61,443 nt of DNA from a virus (taxonomy: Duplodnaviria; Caudoviricetes): positions 1 to 61,443 of the IMG/VR virus record IMGVR_UViG_3300042905_004017, one strand, 5' to 3'. A program made the position numbers and the translations under genes. The notes below the pieces were generated by a model. The model made no database searches. It was given only the letters and a program-made list of their open reading frames with translations, and had not been told where the DNA came from. Every line of letters begins with the position of its first letter. The stretch's first letter is position 1. Shown here piece by piece: positions 49,326 through 58,784 of this stretch.

Positions 49326-49356
49326 AAGGTTAGCGTAAAATACTGCTAACCTTTCT
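49326..49356 (+). terminator. Hairpin at the junction of the structural and modification modules (terminator and/or promoter-overlapping operator)
   Basis: AAGGTTAGC-10 nt-GCTAACCTT with a short T-run; the loop contains TAAAAT. Confidence 0.45.
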
Positions 49357-49368
49357 ACAATCTTTAAC

Positions 49369-49683
49369 ATGGATACCATAAACGATATTGTAGGCCAGAT
49401 AAAATTGGCCACAGATTTTCAAATCAACAAAAAAATTTTACGAGAAAAAATTTGCTCAGACCTACACATGACTCACAACGGAGGCATGTTTAAAATTTCA
49501 CCAGAATTGTTAGCATTTGTACAAACCTGGCCCATCGATGAATTGTGTTTGGAAGATGCGTACGAAAATCCTGTACAAATTGATCGACAGACATTTTTAA
49601 TCACTGCACAACAACACTATCAAACCGTTATGAATCGTTGGCATCAGCAATATGAAGATCTCAAAAAAATCAGAAAAATCTAG
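49369..49683 (+). CDS. Hypothetical protein (possible fibre assembly chaperone)
   Basis: 104-aa ORF; NGG.F.I..EL..F and D...NPV.I. Confidence 0.6.
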   Translation: MDTINDIVGQIKLATDFQINKKILREKICSDLHMTHNGGMFKISPELLAFVQTWPIDELCLEDAYENPVQIDRQTFLITAQQHYQTVMNRWHQQYEDLKKIRKI

Positions 49684-50440
49684 AGGAATTTTGGCTTTTG
49701 CTTACAATGTTGAAACTATTGATTATGTATCAATAGCCAAACAAACTTTGCAGTTGGCCGGTAAAAAATTAGATTTACCATACACGTTGATAACAGATAA
49801 AGAATTTCACAATCAATCTCAAAATTCAAGATATGACATTGACTCCGGAAAGTTTATTACATGGAGAAATACAGGTAGGCATTGTGCATATGATTTGACA
49901 CCCTATGACGAAACATTAGTTATTGATGTAGATTATGTTGTGTTAAACAGCAATCTAAATAAAATATTTGATTGTGAATGGGATTATCTGTTGCAAAGAA
50001 ACACCTTTGCGTTGACCACACAGTACCCGCTACTGATGGGAGAAACCAGTTTACCGTTTGTCTGGGCCACGGTATTTGCATTTAGAAAAACTGCCAAATC
50101 TCGAATGTATTTTGATCTAGTAGGAAGAATACAAAGAAACTATAATTATTATCGATCACTTTACAATATTCAAGAAAGAATTTTTAGAAACGATTTTGCA
50201 TTTGCAATAGCGGACGTGATTTTAAATGGCTACAGCATAATAACAAATTCTATACCAGAGAATATGTTGACTGTAGATCAGGTGATAGATAGTATTCAAA
50301 CGCTTGATGATAATTTAGTTATAAAAGATTCCAACCGAGCCTATGTTGTGCCAAGAAACAATCTGCATGTAATGAGCAAAGCATACTTACAAAGTAAAGA
50401 TTTTAGTAAATTGATCAAGGGATTACTTGATGAATCATAA
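49652..50440 (+). CDS. GT-A fold glycosyltransferase-like protein
   Basis: G...FA.N...DY...A, LITD and TPYDETLVIDVD (DxD). Confidence 0.65.
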   Translation: MKISKKSEKSRGILAFAYNVETIDYVSIAKQTLQLAGKKLDLPYTLITDKEFHNQSQNSRYDIDSGKFITWRNTGRHCAYDLTPYDETLVIDVDYVVLNSNLNKIFDCEWDYLLQRNTFALTTQYPLLMGETSLPFVWATVFAFRKTAKSRMYFDLVGRIQRNYNYYRSLYNIQERIFRNDFAFAIADVILNGYSIITNSIPENMLTVDQVIDSIQTLDDNLVIKDSNRAYVVPRNNLHVMSKAYLQSKDFSKLIKGLLDES

Positions 50441-51254
50441 AGAACAATTTGGTTATTTGACAGTGGCATGTAATAACAATCAAGTTGATTATTTGCGATT
50501 GGCCTATGCACAAGCTTTGTGCGTGAAAAAAACACAAAAGAACAATCGGTTTGCAGTAATTGTAGATGCCAACACTGAAAAATTCTTAAATGAAAAACAT
50601 CAACAGGTGTTTGATTATGTGATACAAGTGCCCGAACACAATCTTGGTCCATATGGTGCAGAAGCCTTCGTATTTGACTTAACTCCGTTTAAAGAAACAA
50701 TCAAACTAGAGAGTGACATACTTTTGACACGCAGCATAGATCATTGGATTAATACGTTTAGGTTGAGAGACATGGTGTTGAGTGTGGGATGTAAAAATTA
50801 TCGCCAAGAGCCGTCATTGTCTAGAGCATATAGAAAAACATTTGACGATAACCATTTACCGGATGTGTATAATGGATTAATGTATTTTAGATTTACACAG
50901 ACTGCAAAGAATTTTTTTGATACAGCTAAAAATATTTTTTCCAATTGGGACACAATAAAAAATCAAATAAAAAATTGCAGGGAAGACATACCTAGTACAG
51001 ATTTGGTTTTTGCACTGTCAGCTCAAATAATAGGGCCGGAGTTGTGTACCCTACCCACTGCTGATTTTATTAATTTTGTACACATGAAATCTGCAATAAA
51101 TGAATTTGATCGTGATTTAAATTTTAATCAAGTTTTTGTCACTGAATTTGATACGGGCATGATTAGAATCAATAATGTAAATCAATATCATCCTTTGCAC
51201 TATTATGATAAAAACTTTTTAACCGACGAAATGATAGATTATTATGAGCAATGA
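50427..51254 (+). CDS. GT-A fold glycosyltransferase-like protein, paralog of the upstream gene
   Basis: GY...A.N...DY..LA and TPFKETIKLESD (degenerate DxD), F.HMK. Confidence 0.6.
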   Translation: MMNHKEQFGYLTVACNNNQVDYLRLAYAQALCVKKTQKNNRFAVIVDANTEKFLNEKHQQVFDYVIQVPEHNLGPYGAEAFVFDLTPFKETIKLESDILLTRSIDHWINTFRLRDMVLSVGCKNYRQEPSLSRAYRKTFDDNHLPDVYNGLMYFRFTQTAKNFFDTAKNIFSNWDTIKNQIKNCREDIPSTDLVFALSAQIIGPELCTLPTADFINFVHMKSAINEFDRDLNFNQVFVTEFDTGMIRINNVNQYHPLHYYDKNFLTDEMIDYYEQ

Positions 51255-51618
51255 TTTCTGGCAAGAAGTTTTTAGATTGGTTGACGAATATGATGCTGCT
51301 CGTCCTCAAATAACGATCGAACCTAGATTGTACTACAACACGCAAGATGGCACTGTTACAGGCTATTGCGAAACTGCTCATCCTGACAATGAAAATTATA
51401 TAGTTTTAGAAAATCCTGATGTTTACTTTAGAAACAACACAAATTTATTAAGAGTAAAAGATGGCAAATTGATTGTTATTGATCCCAAGCAACCAAGCAA
51501 GGCAAGACTAAAAAAATCCACGGCTGGGTATAAAACAGTAAAAGAGCACGCCTCGTTGCTGTTGGAATCAACAGAAGATTATCATGATATCGAATACTAT
51601 GACCACACAAACGATTGA
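51244..51618 (+). CDS. Hypothetical protein
   Basis: 124-aa ORF overlapping its neighbours. Confidence 0.65.
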   Translation: MSNDFWQEVFRLVDEYDAARPQITIEPRLYYNTQDGTVTGYCETAHPDNENYIVLENPDVYFRNNTNLLRVKDGKLIVIDPKQPSKARLKKSTAGYKTVKEHASLLLESTEDYHDIEYYDHTND

Positions 51619-52528
51619 TATAGCAGATTTAGATTGTATTTTTTTAACTTATGACGAACCTAAAAAAGAAGAATTCTGGATACGTATTCAAAACATGGTG
51701 CCGTGGGCAAAACGAGTTGACGGTGTCAAAGGGTCAGATGCTGCACACAAAGCTGCCGCCGCTGCAAGCGACACAGAACGATTTGTTCTAGTTGATGGAG
51801 ACAACATACCCGATCCAGAGTTTTTTAACTTACAGTTACGGATAGACGAAAGAAATCATGACCACGTTTTTAGATGGAAAGCACGTAATGTGGTAAATGG
51901 TTTGCGTTATGGTAATGGCGGTGTAAGTTGCTGGACTCGAGAGTTTGTTTTCAACATGCGTACCCACGAAGCCAGTTTAGGTGACGAAGAAACTGCCGTG
52001 GAATTTTGTTTTAATCCCAAATACACAGCCATGCACAATTGTTACAGTACAACCTATCCTAATGGTAGTGCCAAACAAGCATGGCGTGCTGGATTTAGAG
52101 AAGGTGTAAAAATGTGTCTTGACCGGGGGCACAAACCTTCATTACAGGAATTTGAAGAAGGCGTGAATAAAAGAAATTATGATAATCTTTGTATATGGCA
52201 CAGCGTAGGTGCTGATGTAGAAAACGGTTACTGGGCCATGTACGGAGCAAGACTAGGCACATACATGATCATGCTAGAAGGATGGGATTACCATCAGGTA
52301 CAAGATTTTGACATGTTAGAAAAGTTATGGTCAAGCTTTGGTAAAGAAGACCCCCAAGAAGGATGTGAACGCATTGAAGATGCATTACGCAATAGACTGG
52401 GACTACCTATTGTTATGTTCACGCCTGATCAAAGTCGATTCTTCAAGCATCATTATTCAACTGGTCAAAGAAACAGTGAAATTATGATGACAGAAATTGA
52501 TGTAATACGAAGGATTGAAGGATGGTAA
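51599..52528 (+). CDS. Glycosyltransferase-like (nucleotide-sugar transferase fold) protein
   Basis: FLTYDEP, GVKGSDAAH, VDGDN (DxD) and AWRAGFREGVK. Confidence 0.55.
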   Translation: MTTQTIDIADLDCIFLTYDEPKKEEFWIRIQNMVPWAKRVDGVKGSDAAHKAAAAASDTERFVLVDGDNIPDPEFFNLQLRIDERNHDHVFRWKARNVVNGLRYGNGGVSCWTREFVFNMRTHEASLGDEETAVEFCFNPKYTAMHNCYSTTYPNGSAKQAWRAGFREGVKMCLDRGHKPSLQEFEEGVNKRNYDNLCIWHSVGADVENGYWAMYGARLGTYMIMLEGWDYHQVQDFDMLEKLWSSFGKEDPQEGCERIEDALRNRLGLPIVMFTPDQSRFFKHHYSTGQRNSEIMMTEIDVIRRIEGW

Positions 52529-53904
52529 GTGATTTTATGTCAGCTGCTGAACAGGCTAAAGAAAAATTAGGTCCTAGCCTCTGTTTGGCCAAATGGCAGC
52601 AGGTAAGCCTGCACCTTCCTACTGGATTGACCAATAGTTGCTATCATCCGCCACTACATGAAATAGATTCAAGTTTGTTAAGAGATAATCCCAGTGCATT
52701 GCATAACACACCTTACAAAAAAACTCAGCGTCAAATTATGTTACGCAACGAAAGGCCGGAGGAATGTAGTTATTGTTGGACACAAGAGGACATAGGGAAT
52801 TTAAGCGATAGGCATTACAGATCTGGTGAACCATGGGCTGCGGAGCACTTTGACGCTATCGTCAATTCCACTGGCGACGAGGACGCTATTCCTTCCTATG
52901 TGGAAGTCAATTTCAACCATGCTTGCAACCTCAAGTGTAGCTATTGCAGTCCGCAGTTTAGTAGCAGCTGGGGTGAGGAAATTGGAAGATTTGGAGGATA
53001 TCCCACTAGTACTATTCATAATGATGTTTCCCATTTTACAGGTCGCAGAAAACCTATCCCCGCTCGTGAGGAAAATCCTTACGTAGATGCATTCTGGGAA
53101 TGGTGGCCAAGTCTATATCCAAAACTAAAACATTTTAGAATGACCGGCGGCGAGCCCTTGATGGATCGCAATACATATCGTGTGTTTGACTATGTGTTAG
53201 CATTTCCTAAATCTGATTTGCACATTGATGTCACTAGCAATTTTAGTGTGGAACAAAAGTTATACGATCAGTATCATGATTATGTAAAAAGATTGTGCGA
53301 TACTAACATAGAACACTTTATGCAATATGTTAGTTTAGACTCAGGAGTACGTGGCCATGCCGAATATATACGTCACGGCTTGGACTTTAATAGAGTACAT
53401 GAAAATGTTCATAGATATTTGGATAAGATTCCCAATAGAAACAGTTTAAGTTTTATTGTCACAATGAGTAATTTAAATGTGCTTGGACTACAAACTTTGC
53501 TACAGTGGATTTTATCATTACGACTTTTATATAGTAAAACATATCAAAGAGTTTGGTTTGACACGCCCATACTGAGACAACCCACTTGGCAAAGTTTGCA
53601 GATACTTCCGCCTGTGTATACCAAACGATTGCAGGATGTGGTAGATTGGATGCGAGCAAATTTAGAAACCACTGAACGACCATTTCAAGGATTTAAAGAC
53701 TACGAAGTGCAAAGATTACAACGAGTCGTAGATTGGATGCGAGAAGGTAGCAAATTAGATCAAGAATATGTTAAACTACAACGTGCTGATTTTTTTAGAT
53801 TCTTTAATGAGCACGATAAACGGAGAAATACTTGGTTTTTGAATGCCTTTCCAGAAATGCAAGAGTTCTGGAATGAATGTAAATATCATGCCCAAAATTC
53901 ATAA
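52522..53904 (+). CDS. Radical SAM enzyme with N-terminal twitch-like domain
   Basis: CNLKCSYC, TGGEP; N-terminal CLAKW...SCYH...CSYC. Confidence 0.9.
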   Translation: MVSDFMSAAEQAKEKLGPSLCLAKWQQVSLHLPTGLTNSCYHPPLHEIDSSLLRDNPSALHNTPYKKTQRQIMLRNERPEECSYCWTQEDIGNLSDRHYRSGEPWAAEHFDAIVNSTGDEDAIPSYVEVNFNHACNLKCSYCSPQFSSSWGEEIGRFGGYPTSTIHNDVSHFTGRRKPIPAREENPYVDAFWEWWPSLYPKLKHFRMTGGEPLMDRNTYRVFDYVLAFPKSDLHIDVTSNFSVEQKLYDQYHDYVKRLCDTNIEHFMQYVSLDSGVRGHAEYIRHGLDFNRVHENVHRYLDKIPNRNSLSFIVTMSNLNVLGLQTLLQWILSLRLLYSKTYQRVWFDTPILRQPTWQSLQILPPVYTKRLQDVVDWMRANLETTERPFQGFKDYEVQRLQRVVDWMREGSKLDQEYVKLQRADFFRFFNEHDKRRNTWFLNAFPEMQEFWNECKYHAQNS

Positions 53905-55240
53905 CGAAACAGATTTAGAATACAAGCGTAGAGTGATTGACATTAAGTCCGAATCATTCTGCGGAGCAAAATGGTATAACGCAACTATATGGTTAGGCAG
54001 TGGCATGACTACCAGTTGCCATCATCCGCTCCCGCATAAAGTCAGCGTTCTAGAAGTGCAAGCAAATCCTCGAGTATTACATAACACAACCAAAAAGAAA
54101 GAGGAACGTCGTCAAATGCAAGCAGGCCAAAGACCAGCTGGTTGCGAATATTGTTGGAAGATCGAAGACATCGGTCGCGACAACGTTAGTGATCGTGTTT
54201 ACAAAACGGTAATATATTCAGATGAGGATTTGGAACATGCATACAACACTAGCTTCGACAAAGATATCAATCTTCGCACTCTTGAAATCAGTTTTGACCG
54301 TACTTGTCAGTTTGCTTGCTCTTATTGCAATCCTGCATTCAGTAGTACTTGGGTCAAAGACATTAATACCAATGGGCCTTATGTGGAACTTGAGTCTGAC
54401 GGTAGGAACCATTTTACTCATAGTCATGATAGTGCTCAGTTGTTTAAATTTGGTCAAGATAATCCATACGTCACAGCATTCTTCCAGTGGTGGGAATCAG
54501 ATCTCCACCGAACCTTAGATGAATTGCGTATAACCGGCGGCGAACCACTAATGTCAGGTTATACCTGGCAATTGCTTGATTGGTTCAAAACAAATCGAGG
54601 CCGAAGCAAAACACGATTGGCAATCAATTCTAACCTAGGAGCTCAAGTTGATCTCGATCGCTTATTTGAAAGTGTGGACTCACCCATTGACTTATACACT
54701 AGTAATGAAAGTATCGGAGCTCATGCAGAGTATATTAGAGACGGACTGGTTTGGGACGATTGGGCTAATAATATAGAATTAACATTAGATCATCAAGTAG
54801 GCAATAAATTACGTGGCTTACACATTATGTGCACCATTAATGCTTTGTGTTTAGAAAGTCTTACAGAATTTTTAGATCTCATAATAGAATGGAAACAAAA
54901 CTACGGACGCGATTTCCCTAGCTTTACGTTAAACATATTACGATTTCCTAGTTTTCAAAGTCCACTTGTGTTGTCGGACGAAACAAGAACACGACATAAA
55001 AATAATTTAGAGGCCTGGTTGGCGGCAAATAATAATGAATACCTGCATCAACATGAAGTAAATCATGTGCAACGCCTAATTGATTATTTAGATATTGTAA
55101 AAACTCCACACGCAGGAGCAGCAGAACAAAAAATATTACAACGAGATTTTAAAAAATTTTATCAACAGTATGACAAACGACGAGAAAAAAAATTTATAGA
55201 AACGTTTCCTAACTTGGTAGATTGGTACAATAAATTATGA
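53888..55240 (+). CDS. Radical SAM enzyme with N-terminal twitch-like domain
   Basis: CQFACSYC, TGGEP; N-terminal CGAKW...SCHH...CEYC; likely start ATG 53888. Confidence 0.9.
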   Translation: MPKIHNETDLEYKRRVIDIKSESFCGAKWYNATIWLGSGMTTSCHHPLPHKVSVLEVQANPRVLHNTTKKKEERRQMQAGQRPAGCEYCWKIEDIGRDNVSDRVYKTVIYSDEDLEHAYNTSFDKDINLRTLEISFDRTCQFACSYCNPAFSSTWVKDINTNGPYVELESDGRNHFTHSHDSAQLFKFGQDNPYVTAFFQWWESDLHRTLDELRITGGEPLMSGYTWQLLDWFKTNRGRSKTRLAINSNLGAQVDLDRLFESVDSPIDLYTSNESIGAHAEYIRDGLVWDDWANNIELTLDHQVGNKLRGLHIMCTINALCLESLTEFLDLIIEWKQNYGRDFPSFTLNILRFPSFQSPLVLSDETRTRHKNNLEAWLAANNNEYLHQHEVNHVQRLIDYLDIVKTPHAGAAEQKILQRDFKKFYQQYDKRREKKFIETFPNLVDWYNKL

Positions 55241-56700
55241 GTGTTAAAGGATTTTATAATAAAGGATATGTGTATAATGAGAGAGCTCCGTATTTTATTG
55301 AACGTGAGCAACTTACAGATAGACAATGGCAATTGCTTACTGAAAGCAAAACATTTTGCATGATGCCGTGGGTACACATGCATGCTTTTCCAGATGGTCG
55401 CGCATATCCGTGTTGCCTTGCAGATTACTGGTATCCAGTTGGAGACTTACGTAAGAACACAATGAAGGAAATATGGAATCAAGAATCTTACAAAACCATG
55501 CGAAAGAATATGCTGGAAGATAAGCCTTGTAAAGAATGCAACAAATGTTATGAACAAGAATCAAACGGTTTTTTTAGTTTAAGACATGACGGAAACCGCA
55601 ATTACGGACATCATATAAAAGAAGTTGATCAAACTGCCAACGATGGCTACCATCCAGAATTTAAAATAAGATATTGGGATGTGAGGTTTAGCAATCTTTG
55701 TAATTTCAGTTGTCGTAGTTGCGGTCCGATCTTTAGTAGTAATTGGTATAATGATCATGTCAAGTTGTACAATCGCAAACCTGATGTGCTTGGCAGAGAA
55801 ATGGCCAGGGTTGAATATACAGCAGGTGACGAAGATACTATGATAGAGCAAATGCTTCCGCATATTCCGTATCTTGAACAAGTTTATTTTGCCGGCGGCG
55901 AACCTCTAATCATGAAAGAACATTACTTCATGTTAGAAAAATTGATCGAACATGGTAAAACAGATGTGCGTATTCAATACAACACAAACTTCAGTGAACT
56001 TGCTTATAAAGATAAACATGTTTTTGATTACTGGCGACATTTTAAAAACGTCAGCGTTGGTGCTAGTTTAGACGCATCTGGAGCTAGAGCCGAACTTATG
56101 CGTCGAGGCACAGATTGGAAACAAACTGTAGAAAATCGACAAAGAATGATAGCAGAAGTTCCGCATGTTGATTTTTATGTTAGTGCTACAGTTAGTGCTA
56201 TGAATGTATTACACGTATTAGACTTTCACCGTGAATGGACAGAGTTGGGTCTGATTCAAGCAAAGGATTTTAATATCAATTTATGCCAATCGCCAGACTG
56301 GTATCGACCAAATATTTTTCCTAAAGAATTTAAAGAAAGAGTTATTGTTCCAAAATATCAAGAACACATAGAATGGTTGAAAAACAAAGACTCTTTAAAA
56401 CGTGCTACTAATGGATTTGAATCATTGTTAAAGTTTATTTTGTCAAATAATAAAGAAGAAATTCAAGTTCATGAATTTGAGTATGAAACATTTAAAGGGG
56501 AAAGTTGGCCAAGCTGGAATGATTTTTGTAACGGAGTTAAGTCAAAAAATAGTTTGATAAATGAAGAAATTGATCAATTTGTTCAATCAATTAAACAAAC
56601 GAGAGGACTTCAAGAGTTTAAAAATCAAATTAAAAAATTAGATGAAATTAGAAATGAAAATTTTTGGAAAGTATTCCCCGAATTAAATGAATTTGCCTAA
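55237..56700 (+). CDS. Radical SAM enzyme with N-terminal twitch/SPASM domain
   Basis: CNFSCRSC, AGGEP, YNTN; N-terminal CMMPW...DG..YPCC...CNKC. Confidence 0.9.
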   Translation: MSVKGFYNKGYVYNERAPYFIEREQLTDRQWQLLTESKTFCMMPWVHMHAFPDGRAYPCCLADYWYPVGDLRKNTMKEIWNQESYKTMRKNMLEDKPCKECNKCYEQESNGFFSLRHDGNRNYGHHIKEVDQTANDGYHPEFKIRYWDVRFSNLCNFSCRSCGPIFSSNWYNDHVKLYNRKPDVLGREMARVEYTAGDEDTMIEQMLPHIPYLEQVYFAGGEPLIMKEHYFMLEKLIEHGKTDVRIQYNTNFSELAYKDKHVFDYWRHFKNVSVGASLDASGARAELMRRGTDWKQTVENRQRMIAEVPHVDFYVSATVSAMNVLHVLDFHREWTELGLIQAKDFNINLCQSPDWYRPNIFPKEFKERVIVPKYQEHIEWLKNKDSLKRATNGFESLLKFILSNNKEEIQVHEFEYETFKGESWPSWNDFCNGVKSKNSLINEEIDQFVQSIKQTRGLQEFKNQIKKLDEIRNENFWKVFPELNEFA

Positions 56701-57895
56701 GACAATTTGCATGCTGCCGTGGATAAGCATAGAAACAAGTCCAATTGGTACGGCCAGACCTTGTTGTTTGGCTATTGATGAAATCACAGATGATACAGGT
56801 AGAAAATATGATCTAAATAAAACAGACTTACAGACCATATATAACAGCACGTACATGCAAAAATTACGACAGCAATTTCGTGCAGGAGAAAAACCTGAAA
56901 CGTGTAATCGTTGCTGGCAAGAAGAAGATGCTGGTCGTGCAAGTAAAAGAATTTATAGCAAGATAAGGTTAAAAGAGTTTGTTGATAAAGTTGACTATGC
57001 AAACGATACCCCTGATCAGCTTTGGTTTGTTGATTTAAAACTAGGCAACATTTGTAATCTCAAATGTAGAATATGTGGTTCTTGGTCTAGTAGTAGATGG
57101 GCACAAGAAGAAATAGATTACATACCGGAATTAAAAAACAAAAAAGACCATCTTGCCTATAAATTTTTACAACAAGGCGCATGGCCGCGTAAGACACAAA
57201 CATTTTGGAACAATCTTCGAGAACTATTGCCTAATATTAAATATTTTGAATTTACCGGCGGCGAGCCTTTTATGATTCAAGAGCACTTTGATTTATTACA
57301 GTATGCAGTTGATCAAGGCCATGCTCAAAATATTGATATACATTACAATACTAACGGAACTCAATGGCCAGATGCACATGAATTATGGAAACACTTTAAA
57401 CGTGTAGATATTGCATTTAGTATTGATAATGTAGAACAAAGATTTGAATATGAACGCTACGGAGCAAAATGGAATGAAGTTACAGAAAATATAAAAAATT
57501 TTCATGATTTACGTGATCAATATCGAGGTAAAATTACAACACAGGCATGCATGACAATCAATATTCAAAATGTGTATTACCTAGAAGATCTATGTGCCTG
57601 GATTAATACACAAACGTTTGATGATCATTATTTTAATATGTTACATGATCCTAAACACATGTGTGTTGATAACCTAACCGAGGCAGCAAAACAAATTGTC
57701 GTAGAAAAATTAAAAGCAGGCACTTTTACACCTAGACATCGAGCAGAAATTTTGCGTATTATCAAATTTATAGAAAATGGCGCAGGATCTGATGGTGAAG
57801 AATTTGTTTTTAAAATGAAAAAAACAGACCAATATCGAAAACAAAGTTTTGAAGATACTCATCCAGAAATAGCCAGAGCAATGGGGTATGACTAA
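56687..57895 (+). CDS. Radical SAM enzyme with N-terminal twitch/SPASM domain
   Basis: CNLKCRIC, TGGEP, YNTNG; N-terminal CMLPW...PCC...CNRC. Confidence 0.9.
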   Translation: MNLPKTICMLPWISIETSPIGTARPCCLAIDEITDDTGRKYDLNKTDLQTIYNSTYMQKLRQQFRAGEKPETCNRCWQEEDAGRASKRIYSKIRLKEFVDKVDYANDTPDQLWFVDLKLGNICNLKCRICGSWSSSRWAQEEIDYIPELKNKKDHLAYKFLQQGAWPRKTQTFWNNLRELLPNIKYFEFTGGEPFMIQEHFDLLQYAVDQGHAQNIDIHYNTNGTQWPDAHELWKHFKRVDIAFSIDNVEQRFEYERYGAKWNEVTENIKNFHDLRDQYRGKITTQACMTINIQNVYYLEDLCAWINTQTFDDHYFNMLHDPKHMCVDNLTEAAKQIVVEKLKAGTFTPRHRAEILRIIKFIENGAGSDGEEFVFKMKKTDQYRKQSFEDTHPEIARAMGYD

Positions 57896-58784
57896 ACTAC
57901 AATTGGTTTTATCGCAAAATTGTTATACTTCTTTTCACCAACCTTGGTTAGTAGACCTTGTATCAGATTATTTTGATATAGTTTATATTGAGCACAATCT
58001 CACACTTGATAAAAGAGCTATTTTTGTTACAAATGTACTCAGTAATGATAATAAATGGATAGATAAAGAAAGAAAATTAATAGTAGATAATCTTTGGGAA
58101 ATATATCAACCTAGTCATGATCATAATCGTAGATTAGTTCTTGTAAATAAAAATTGGTTTTGGTATAATGAATCACTATGGTATAGATACCTAGGATATC
58201 ATAATCATATTCCTAATCTTAAAATTTCTAAAAATGGTTTATTGTTGATGCATCTAAAAAAATTGCATAGAACAGAACTTTTTGAAAAATTGAATCTTGA
58301 TAATTTATTGTTTAGTTATGTTGCGGCTGGTTATACTATATCTAATGATATGGATTATAATGATGGTGAATGGCAACGATACTTCAATCCAGACTGGTAT
58401 AATTCTACCGCATTTAGTATAGTAGCAGAAACTATGGTAATGCCTAAAGATCCTTTGTTTGTTACAGAAAAAACCTTTAAGCCAATTGCCTTTCAACATC
58501 CTTTTATAATATTAGGACAACCAGGTATTTTAAGATATTTACGATCGCTAGGCTTTGAAACATTTGAAAATATATTTGACGAATCGTATGATAACGAAAA
58601 TGCAATTGATAAAAGATTAACAAGCGTTGTGAATCAAATCAATAATTACTCACATAAAAATTATGATTTGTACACTCTCAAAAAACTTACACATAATAAA
58701 GAATTGTTTTTCAACGAACAACTAGTAAAAGAAAAAATTAAAAAAGAAATTATAGAACCTATTTTAGAATATGCAGAAACCTGA
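57888..58784 (+). CDS. GT10 (fucosyltransferase)-like glycosyltransferase, AT-rich
   Basis: FSIVAET...FVTEKTFKPI...PFI..G resembles the TEK motif of GT10. Confidence 0.5.
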   Translation: MTKLQLVLSQNCYTSFHQPWLVDLVSDYFDIVYIEHNLTLDKRAIFVTNVLSNDNKWIDKERKLIVDNLWEIYQPSHDHNRRLVLVNKNWFWYNESLWYRYLGYHNHIPNLKISKNGLLLMHLKKLHRTELFEKLNLDNLLFSYVAAGYTISNDMDYNDGEWQRYFNPDWYNSTAFSIVAETMVMPKDPLFVTEKTFKPIAFQHPFIILGQPGILRYLRSLGFETFENIFDESYDNENAIDKRLTSVVNQINNYSHKNYDLYTLKKLTHNKELFFNEQLVKEKIKKEIIEPILEYAET

